Shown here in pieces: positions 9,719 through 19,400 of a DNA stretch of 64,000 nt (positions are counted from its first letter, which is position 1; every line of letters begins with the position of its first letter). The DNA lies in the IMG/VR virus record IMGVR_UViG_3300023174_000065; one strand, given 5' to 3'. The notes under the pieces are model-generated. The model ran no database searches. It saw only the letters and a list, made by a program, of their open reading frames with translations, and was not told where the DNA came from. The DNA is from a virus. The translations under genes were made by a program, and so were the position numbers.

Positions 9719-10642
9719 ATGGGACGTCCAATTAATAGTAAGTTTTTCGGTAACTTAAACCGACCATATAATAATTTTGCCACTGGTGGTCTTACTGGTG
9801 TTGGCGGAGAAAGCATTGCAACTGTATCAGTTTCAAACAGTGGTACGCTATACTCACAAGGTGCTGTTGTAACAATCTCTGCTCCAAATATCACTGGTGG
9901 TATTCGTGCAACAGTTTCCACGACTGCTAATGCCGCTGGCAATGTTGCTGTTACTATTGCTAATTCTGGTACTGGTTATACTGCAACTAGTACATTATCA
10001 ATCTCAACTGCATCTGCTGTTACAAAAGTTACAACTGGTACATCTGCTACTACTGTAATTTATCCTGCTACTACAAGTGGTATCTATGTTGGTATGAAGG
10101 TAATTGGTACAGGTATTAGTGCAAGTGCTACCTATGTAACTTCATTCACTGGTGCAGCAGTTAACTTAACTTGGCCAAATGCTACCGCAATTTCGACATC
10201 TGTTAACTTCGTTGATGTTGGTACTGGATTTGCAGGAATTGTTTCTGCTCTTACTACTACTACTCAAAATGCACTTAGAATTACTACATATCTAACAACC
10301 GGAAGTTCCGCGGTTACTGGCGGCGATATCCTTAAGCAGGATTCAAGCCGTAAATATTTGGTACAGAATTCACAGGGTCGAGGCGTAGTTAAACTAAGCG
10401 CAGGAACTGGAACAAATCATGTGCTAGAACCAGGCGGAATGCATTTGATTGCAACTGACTTTGGTGGTTCAACTTATTATGTTCTTAAGCTAACTGCTCG
10501 TCGTGTAACTTTAACAGATCGTTCGGGTACTAGTACTGCATTAGTAACTCTAACAACTGGCACAGACGGTGTAAAAACTGGATCTGCTAAATGGACTCTT
10601 GGTGCAGCAACAGGCACTATTGTCACTCTTTCTAACGCTTAA
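9719..10642 (+). CDS. Abundant virion protein, Thr/Ser/Gly-rich (possible decoration protein)
   Basis: Capsid-like codon bias, with its own promoter, SD and terminator. Confidence 0.6.
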   Translation: MGRPINSKFFGNLNRPYNNFATGGLTGVGGESIATVSVSNSGTLYSQGAVVTISAPNITGGIRATVSTTANAAGNVAVTIANSGTGYTATSTLSISTASAVTKVTTGTSATTVIYPATTSGIYVGMKVIGTGISASATYVTSFTGAAVNLTWPNATAISTSVNFVDVGTGFAGIVSALTTTTQNALRITTYLTTGSSAVTGGDILKQDSSRKYLVQNSQGRGVVKLSAGTGTNHVLEPGGMHLIATDFGGSTYYVLKLTARRVTLTDRSGTSTALVTLTTGTDGVKTGSAKWTLGAATGTIVTLSNA

Positions 10643-10648
10643 AAACAG

Positions 10649-10676
10649 AAATTGGGGGAGAAATCCCCCAATTTTT
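10649..10676 (+). terminator. Rho-independent terminator
   Basis: AAATTGGGGGA-GAAA-TCCCCCAATTT followed by TT. Confidence 0.85.
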
Positions 10677-10687
10677 AAGGTCAATGA

Positions 10688-11227
10688 ATGAACTTTACCT
10701 ATTATCCATCGCAAGTAATTCAAACAAGTAGTTTGCCCGATCAAGAAATTGGATGGACGCAATACTCAATAGGTAATTCTGAATATCTCCTGGGTTCAAG
10801 ATGGAAAACCAATAAACCACTATTGCATATTTCAAATCCTGCAACTGGTGATTTGCGAAATTCAACATGGACATTGACTTGTACGGGTTTTAATATTCCT
10901 TTATTGAATACAATTACTGGAATAAAATTAAATGTTAAAGCACAACGAAACGGAAGAATCGTTGATGATATAATTCAATTAACATATCAAGGATCTGCGA
11001 TTGGAGCAAATAACTTTTCATATATCACTGATAGTGAGGGGCATTTTCTTTTGTTAAATGATACTTATTATGGTGGTGAATTTGATTTATGGGAATCAGA
11101 AGTTACGCCAAGTATGTTAACCGATCCTAGTTTTGGAATAATATTAAAATTTCAAAGTCATCCATTTTATCCACACAACTGTGAAATGTATCTGGATTCG
11201 GTGTCTTTAACTGTTTATTCCGTATAA
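10688..11227 (+). CDS. Hypothetical virion-associated beta-sandwich protein
   Basis: ORF in the structural module with a beta-strand-rich pattern. Confidence 0.55.
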   Translation: MNFTYYPSQVIQTSSLPDQEIGWTQYSIGNSEYLLGSRWKTNKPLLHISNPATGDLRNSTWTLTCTGFNIPLLNTITGIKLNVKAQRNGRIVDDIIQLTYQGSAIGANNFSYITDSEGHFLLLNDTYYGGEFDLWESEVTPSMLTDPSFGIILKFQSHPFYPHNCEMYLDSVSLTVYSV

Positions 11228-11230
11228 ATA
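11223..11230 (+). promoter_or_regulatory. Late promoter TATAAATA
   Basis: Exact consensus, followed by GAGGA SD and ATG 11249. Confidence 0.7.
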
Positions 11231-11248
11231 TTACAGAGGAAAATATCA

Positions 11249-12316
11249 ATGGCTACAACTGTTTCAAGAGTAAATGGTAATTATAAAATTCAGTCATCTT
11301 CTGGTACAGATGTTCTAGTTGTTGATACCACTGGTGCTGGCTATGATATGCCATCTTCGTATACTAACTCTAAAGTTGTGATCACCGGTGATTTGTACGT
11401 ATTAGGAACTAAGACAGAAACATCTTCTACTACAGTCACTATTAAAGATCCTTCGATTACATTAAATCAAGGAAATACATTTACATTACCTGGCAGTCCT
11501 CTTGTTTCAGGAATTGACATTGATCGAACTCCAAATCCATCAGCATTTATACAGTGGTATGAAGGTGGTACTTGGACTGGATTTGGAGGAGCAACTACTT
11601 CTACTGGTTACTTTGAATTTAGAACTGGACCTCGAAATTCAGCAAACTACAGCGCAATTAAAGTTAATAAAATTTTACTCGGTGATTATGACGGATTTAC
11701 TGAGGGTCCTTTAAGAAATCGATTAAATCTTCTCGGTGCAGAAAATCCAGTGGGAGTACTTAGTGTTTCAGGTACTAATAATTACGCCAGTCGTGTTATA
11801 GATGCTGACGATATTCCTAATAAGGCATATGTTGACCAAATTCAACAATATTCGGTCACTGAACGTACATTTAGTATTGTCACTGGTTCTAACTATCTAA
11901 CATTGACTAATCCTGCTACCGAAGGTATTCCTAGTGCGATATTAGGCGTTCTTAATGGTAATCCTGTTACAAAAACAAATATTACAACTGGAACAATTGT
12001 TCTTAACATAACAACTTCTACTGCTTTAGTAGGCACAATAGATATTGTTGCCGCACAAATTTCTCCAGTTTTGCCCTATGTTGATTTAGTATTATTTGCT
12101 AATACAGGCGGCCAAGTAAAATTGAATTCTCCATTATTGTTACAGGCAAATGGAGATGTGCCAATACCTCAATCAGGACAAACTGGTATATACTCGGATG
12201 ATCCAGCTGGAGGAGGCACCGGTCTTTATTATATAAATAGTAGTACATCAGGCAGAGTCCTACAGGATGAGTTTATCAGTCGTAGAAAAGCATTGATTTA
12301 TAGTATAATTTTTTAG
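11249..12316 (+). CDS. Virion structural protein
   Basis: Late promoter. Fibre-like motifs ITGDLYVLGT, IKDPSITLNQG and DIPNKAYVD. Confidence 0.65.
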   Translation: MATTVSRVNGNYKIQSSSGTDVLVVDTTGAGYDMPSSYTNSKVVITGDLYVLGTKTETSSTTVTIKDPSITLNQGNTFTLPGSPLVSGIDIDRTPNPSAFIQWYEGGTWTGFGGATTSTGYFEFRTGPRNSANYSAIKVNKILLGDYDGFTEGPLRNRLNLLGAENPVGVLSVSGTNNYASRVIDADDIPNKAYVDQIQQYSVTERTFSIVTGSNYLTLTNPATEGIPSAILGVLNGNPVTKTNITTGTIVLNITTSTALVGTIDIVAAQISPVLPYVDLVLFANTGGQVKLNSPLLLQANGDVPIPQSGQTGIYSDDPAGGGTGLYYINSSTSGRVLQDEFISRRKALIYSIIF

Positions 12317-12324
12317 GAAATTTC

Positions 12325-12639
12325 ATGATAATAAACAGAACATTAGCTACAACACCGGTAGCGGCTATCTTTACAGCCACTTTTCAAACCGCGATTACTA
12401 CCGTGATGTTTTGTAATATTACTACCAGTACAGACGCTACTATTAAAGTATATGCGGTTGCAAGTGGGCTTAATCCAAGTCCTAGTACACAAGTTATAAA
12501 CAACGTCACAGTTCCTGTGGGAGAAACTTTTGTCCTAGACACGGAAAGATTGATTCTAGATGCAGGTGATGCACTATGGGCAACTGCCAGTGTCTCTGAC
12601 ACAATTGTTGCAACTGCAAGTTTGATGGTAACTGGCTAA
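12325..12639 (+). CDS. Small virion protein, paralogous in pattern to 21378-21764
   Basis: Shared pattern IF/YTA...TAI...NI and ERLILD/GKLIVE...D. Confidence 0.6.
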   Translation: MIINRTLATTPVAAIFTATFQTAITTVMFCNITTSTDATIKVYAVASGLNPSPSTQVINNVTVPVGETFVLDTERLILDAGDALWATASVSDTIVATASLMVTG

Positions 12640-13379
12640 TGAAGTTTTATAAACGCCTCTCAATTGATAGCAAGGATCCTATGAACAATTCGCTTGCTGT
12701 CGAAACCGATGGCAGAATTGTAACAGATACCACAAAAAGTATACAGATACCAGCAGGCACTACTGCTCAACGGCCTGGTGTTCTTAACAATGGCCAACTT
12801 CGTTACAATTCTAGTATTGGATCTTCTGGTGGTGAATTAGAGGCATATGTTGGTGGCAAATGGCAAGTTATAAAAACGGTTAGACAGTCGGAAATATCTC
12901 AACAAATATTTTATAATGGCAATTATGCAAATACCATATTTGGACCTCTGAGCTATAATGTGGATATTACTAGGCCACAAAATGTAGTAGTTTTTGTAGA
13001 AAATGTGCCTCAAATTGCTAATTTAAATTATACGCTAATAAGTTCGCCTATAACAACATCAACAACTGCTACAGTTCGAGTTGTTTCTGGTACAGTTCTA
13101 ACAGTAAAATCTGTTGCAGATTTTAACGTTTCAAATATAATTACTCATTCTGGAAATGCAATTTCTGTTGGTACAACTATTACCTCCGTTAATGTTACTA
13201 ACTCAACAATATCTATTTCTAATGCTTTAATTGGTACAATAAACACTGGTGATAGTCTGACCACTAGTTTTTCGTCAGGAACTTATATAAAATTTGTCGA
13301 AGACTCATTACCTGTTCCCACTAAACCAGTGATTGCTATATTAGGATTTGACGGATATACACCTCCGTTTGCTCCCTAA
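12639..13379 (+). CDS. Virion/baseplate-associated protein
   Basis: IPAGTTAQRP...GQLRYNS...LEAY motif common in phage fibre/baseplate proteins. TAATG coupling. Confidence 0.65.
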   Translation: MKFYKRLSIDSKDPMNNSLAVETDGRIVTDTTKSIQIPAGTTAQRPGVLNNGQLRYNSSIGSSGGELEAYVGGKWQVIKTVRQSEISQQIFYNGNYANTIFGPLSYNVDITRPQNVVVFVENVPQIANLNYTLISSPITTSTTATVRVVSGTVLTVKSVADFNVSNIITHSGNAISVGTTITSVNVTNSTISISNALIGTINTGDSLTTSFSSGTYIKFVEDSLPVPTKPVIAILGFDGYTPPFAP

Positions 13380-13402
13380 CAACATAGTTTTTCATAAATC
13401 AG

Positions 13403-13497
13403 CTAAATAATAGTACTGTCATAAATGACAGCCGGACTGTGGTAAACCCGCAATGTAATGTGGTTATCCGTGAAACACGGTGTATTGGGGAGCAAGT
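13403..13497 (+). promoter_or_regulatory. Late promoter CTAAATA plus structured 5' leader (three hairpins)
   Basis: CTGTCA-taaa-TGACAG (13416-13431), TGTGG-taaac-CCGCA (13438-13452) and CCGTG-aaa-CACGG (13468-13480), then GGGGAG SD. Confidence 0.6.
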
Positions 13498-16400
13498 ATG
13501 GGCATAGGTCGTATTACTGGTCCGCTGCTCGCGAATAATCTTCTTCGCGATGGTCGGAACTTAGCAGTTGAAACAGATTTACTTTATCTAGACGTTACTA
13601 ATGGACGCATCGGCGTTAAAAATGCAACTCCTCAATATAATTTAGATGTACAAAATAACGCTAGAATAGCAAATATATCCTTCACTGCAACAAACACTAG
13701 CAGTATTATTCTTAACACAGTTGGTAATTTGATTATCTCCTCTGGAGGAGATGATACCGATATAGTGATGCGAAATAATCTATCAGTTGAAGGTAATATT
13801 CATGCTGTTGGAAATATTACTGCCGGTGGAAACGTCCAAATTGGCAATGGCTCAGGTTCAGATGTTGTTGGAATTTTTGCAAATGTCATATCGGATATTG
13901 TTCCTCAAACAGACAATGAATATAATATAGGATCTGAACAGCAGTCATGGGCTACCGCATACGTTAACTCACTCATAGCAAGTAAGCTAGTGAGTCCAGC
14001 TGGCCAAGAAATTAATATCGGAATGCCGCTAAAGCAAGATGTTAATATAACCGATATTACAAATCCTACTATAAATTTAAATGGTCCTGTTAGAATTTGG
14101 GGAGATAATCCACTAGGAACTGCTCCTATAACTAGTAATGTTCTCTATGTTACTATGGATGGAAGCGATACGAATGATGGTCGCGCCCAAGATCCATCTC
14201 GTGCATGTAGAACAATTACTGGAGCACTCAGGAGTCCATTTTATCAACCTGGCACAAGTATTAAAGTTGCTGCTGGTAGATATTATGAAAATAATCCACT
14301 TGAATTAAAACCATATACATCCGTTATTGGAAGCGATCTTAGAACAACAGTAATTGAACCAATAAACAAAACACAAGATTTGTTTCATGTTCAATCTGGG
14401 TGTTATCTAGCACAAATGTTGTTTGCAAATGGTCAAAGTGGATTGCTTCCAGGACCAGGATATAAGCCAGGAACAAATCGCGGAGCATATGCTACTGCAT
14501 TTCCTCCTAACTATAGCTCACAAAAGATTGATCTTTATCATTCGCCATATATACAGAATTGTACTAACCAAAGTGGACCTTGGTTACAAGATGGCACAAT
14601 GTTTCTGCCAAATCAGACCGTGCAAATTCCACAGGCTGTTGGAACAGCAACCTGGATAGTTAATACAACTACACTGAGAGTCGTATTAAGTGAAGGTACC
14701 TTGTCTGTTGGTCAGAGTATTAATGCTGGACCGACTCCTCAAAGTCATATTAATGCTAGAACACTTCTTCTTGCTAATAAGCCATTTATTCAAGAACAAG
14801 TTATTGCATATATAGGTGTTAATTATCCTACTTTTGTTTATAATAAAGCAACATATCGTAGAGATATTGGAGTAATTGTTGAAAATATTGCTTATGATGC
14901 TGCATTTGGTGGAAATGAAAAATCTGTTGAAGGTGGATTGTTATATTGGGACGGTGTTACTAGTGTAATTGCAGATGGAATTACACAAACTGCCAGTGCG
15001 ATTAATTATATCAATACGCTATCACAATATATTATTGCAAATAATACTGCGACAAATTTATTAGGACAAGCACAGCTAGCTCCTCAGGTAATCAATTACA
15101 ATTTAACAGGTGGTTCTTCTGCTGGCTCGGTTATTACAAATCTAATAGGAATAATTTCAACAGTAGTTCAAAGTGGTCCATCTAGTGCTCCGCAAATTCA
15201 AGCTGGTAACGGTCCAGACTGGGGATCAGTGTCGGCAGAAGTATTATTACAATCAAATAGATCGTTTATACAAAACGAAGTTGTGAGTTATGTTAATTCT
15301 ACATATCCAGATTTTGTGTACAGAGAAGATTTGTGCTATAGAGATACGGGATTAATAATTGATGCTATTAGTCAGGACATTATTCTTAACGCGAACGCCA
15401 AGACAATTGAAGCCGGCAAAACATATTGGACTGGTAATATTAGTGCTGTTACTGGACAGATAACAGAAACAGTTAATGCTCTCTCTCGCGCAAAAGATAT
15501 AAGTCTGCAAATTGTCAATAATACAACAGTAACTACTACTGCATTTACATTTAATTCTACTAAATGTGCTCGTGATACTGGCCTAATTGTTGATGCAATT
15601 GCACAAGATCTTTTATTTGGAGGCAACAGTCAATCAACATTTGCAGGAATTCAATATTGGAATCATGGTGACTATGTTGGAGAAATTGGCAACGAGATAA
15701 CCACTACCACCAATGCCATCAAATATATAAGTAGCCTGACACAGCGAATTATTTTGAATCAACTAGTTACTCCTCTGCAAAATGTTGTTTCTCAAGTTAC
15801 TGCGACTTCTACTGCAACGGCAGCTGAAGTCACTATCATACGAAACGAATTCAACATTATCACTGATATTTTGACTAGTGGAACGGTTGGAGTGACTAAT
15901 TTAATTGTTCCAAATAGATTGACACCTAGTACAACAGCATCCGTTATTACTGCATATGATTTGATACAAAACAATGTTAATTTTCTAAAAGAAGAAGCAA
16001 TTGCTTGGGTAGAACAAAATAAAAATTTCAGATATACTACTGCAACTTGTGCAAGAGATGTTGGATTGATTGTTGATAGTATTGTTCTTGATCTCAACTT
16101 CCCTACAACCGCTTTAAGTCAGTCAACATTTGCAGGATTGCAATACTGGAATCAAGGCGGATATACTGGAGATATTGGAAGCGAAGTAACAGCTACAGTA
16201 AATGCAATATCTCATCTATCAGAAATTGCTAGTTATGTAATTGTGAATAATACCTCGAGTGGAGTGAGATACGCAGGAGTTCAACCAGTAACTAATCTTC
16301 CTGCGGCAGGAGCATCAGAACAATCGTTCCTGACCAAAGAATTTACTACAATCACAAACATAATTCTAAATGGAACAACAGGCACAACAGATCAAATTAT

Positions 16401-19400
16401 TTCAAACGGAATCGTTGCATCTTCTAGCTCTACTGTAAACAATGCATATAATATTCTTCAAGCAAATAAAGCATATTTACAAGCAGAAACTGTTGCATAT
16501 GTTGAAGCAACTAAGTCACCTGGATTTGTTTATAATACATCCACTTGCTACAGAGATGTGGGATATATGATCGACTCGGTAAGTTTTGATCTTCTTTATG
16601 GTGGAAATAGACAAGCAATTCAAAGCGGAGTATATTATTATAGTTTCAACGGTAGTACTGCTGTTCCAAATGAAATCGAACAGGTAATATCTGCCTATAA
16701 ATTTATTCTTGGGTTAAGTAGCAGTATTATCAGAAATGATCCAGTTAATGCTCTGCAAACAACAGTTGATCAAGTTTACACTACTACATCATCAAATATT
16801 ACAGTGTTCGATGATATCGATGAAATAGTAACACGAATTACTGATATCATTGAGTATGGTCCTGGAGTTGTTGATGTAAAGCAGCCTATCAGTTTGACTA
16901 AAACTAACGAAATAATGAAGGAATATGCTGCTAAAAATCTTCTTGCAAATAAAGATTTTATTAAAGCAGAAACAATTGCTTATATTGACAAATATCTAGT
17001 ATTTCAGTATGATCCTGAAACTTGCAGAAGAGACGTTGGATATATTCTAAATTCAGTTAGTTTTGACCTTCTTTATGGTGGAAACAGACAGGCAATTCAA
17101 AGTGGAGTTTACTATTGGGGATACAGTAATGTAAGTACTGCATTACCTAAAGAGCGTTCTGCCACCACACTTGCATATCAATACATGAAAAGATTGATGT
17201 CAGATATCGTTGTTAATAATAGAATAAGTACAACTTACCAAACATCATCAACTCAGGTAACTGGACTTTCTCCTGCAACACAAATAGAAGTTGATGCCAT
17301 TTCTGTGAATATTGACAAAATTGTCAATATCATTAACAGAGGTCCACAAACAGCTGGTGCCAAAACTCCAATTGGACTAGTTAGAAGCAACAATGTTTTT
17401 GTTCAAAATGCTGCTAATTTTCTGTCTGCTAACAGGGATTTTATTCAAAAAGAAGTTAACGCCTTTGTTAGTGAAATGCTGGTAAACAATGCTCAGGTAT
17501 TTTTACCATTCTATTCTAAGGGATCACAAGCAACTCTATCAATAACTAGAAACTTTAATATTATTTCAGACATAATTGAAAAGGGACCAGGAGTTGCTCC
17601 AATAATATCACAAGGAAATGGCATTTTTATTAAAACTGGCCTAAGTCCTGACGATATTAAAATTGCACCAGTTATTACTAATATAACAACTATAACTACT
17701 GGAGTATATCAAGTAGACATCAGCCAAAGTACCATTGGCTTTGGTGATAGTACTGTTCTATATTTTGGAGAAACTGCTGTATTTCCTCTACTTGACAACG
17801 ATGTTCCTGATAGATGGCAACAGCGTAGAATTAATCCAATTGGGTCAATGGGTGGAAGTCTTGTTGACGGTAAAGTAATATCAGACAGAAGTCCGATTAA
17901 GTCATTTGTTTATGATGCGTATACTCAAGTGAATCAGGGCGGCCGAGGCGTTCACGTTATTAACAATGGATACGCTCAGTTAGTTTCTGTGTTTACTATT
18001 TTCTGTAGTGATGCAGTGACCGTTGAGAATGGTGGTATCTGTTCAATAACTAACTCCAATAGTAACTTTGGTGATATATGTTTGGCAGCTAAGGGATATG
18101 GATTTAGAGAATTCTCTGGATATATCAAGAATCCGCCGGTTCTGCCTTATTTTCCTAATGGATTTTATCCTCAAAGAGGAACAGTGCAGGTTTATATTGC
18201 TGACCCAAGACTGCGCCCACATATTGCGCTAGTTATGGAAGTTGAACCTCCTGCTGATTTTGTTAATAATCAAGGACTTCCTGGATTCTTATCAGGAAAC
18301 ACTAGTATAGCTACATTGACAACTGGAACTATTACAATCTCTGGAATTGATAATACCGGAATGGTAATTGGACAGAAAGTATTTGTAAGAGATCAGTTTG
18401 GCAGAACATACGATAGTAATGGTGAACCTTATATAGTACCAGGCACACTTGTTGCAGATGTTTCTTACCAAAGTGTTACTTTAAATTATCCATTAAATTC
18501 AGGGGGCGGCGATCCTAATAACTCAAACTATTTTAGTTTATACACTTGCGGCAATGCTTATTATACAGTTCTATCAAGTACGGTTGCGGAAGATAAATTT
18601 AGCAGCAATCGTGTTCTTAAAGCATATAACTTACTACAGGCCAATAGAACATTCTTACAACAAGAAACAGTTGCATTCGTTGAGGCAACTAAGACGTTGG
18701 GATTCTCATATAATACATCAACATGTTATCGAGATGTTGGATATATTGTTGATTCAATAAGTTTTGATTTATTGTACGGAGGAAATAGGCAAGCTACACA
18801 AAGTGGTGTATATTACTACAATTTTGCAGGATCTACATCTATACCTGGAGAAACAACTGCAACTGTCGCTGCATTTAATTATATTGGAACACTATCGAAT
18901 AAAATTATTCAAGGAACAACGATTACACCATTGCAAACGGTTATTCCTCAATTTAAAAATGGAAATTATGGCACAATTAGTGAGGCAAACAGTGTTACAA
19001 ATAATATTAGTATTATAAACGATATTATTATAAATGGACCAGCTGGTTATGCAAAAACTCCGATAAGTTTAAATAGATCAACTAATCCTAATGTGCTAAA
19101 TGCTGCTAGGATTTTAAGCGCAAATAGGTCATTCATTCAAGCGGAAGTAATAAAGTTTGTTTCAAATAATTATCCGCTGTTGTCGTATACCACTGCCACT
19201 TGTAGAAGAGATACAGGTTTAATTGTTGACTCATTGGTTCAAGACTTGTTATACTCAACATCAAGTCAGTCAACATTCTCAGGTATGCAATATTGGAATC
19301 AAACCGGTTATACTGGCGGTATTGCCAGTGAGATTACTACTACTACCGCTGCGATAAGCTATTTAAAGAGTATTGCTGAAAATGTTGTACAAGGTATTGT

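Noticed and set aside
13380-13497. tRNA or known riboswitch in the structured leader
   Set aside because: No cloverleaf, T-loop or recognisable aptamer consensus. Kept only as an unnamed structured leader.
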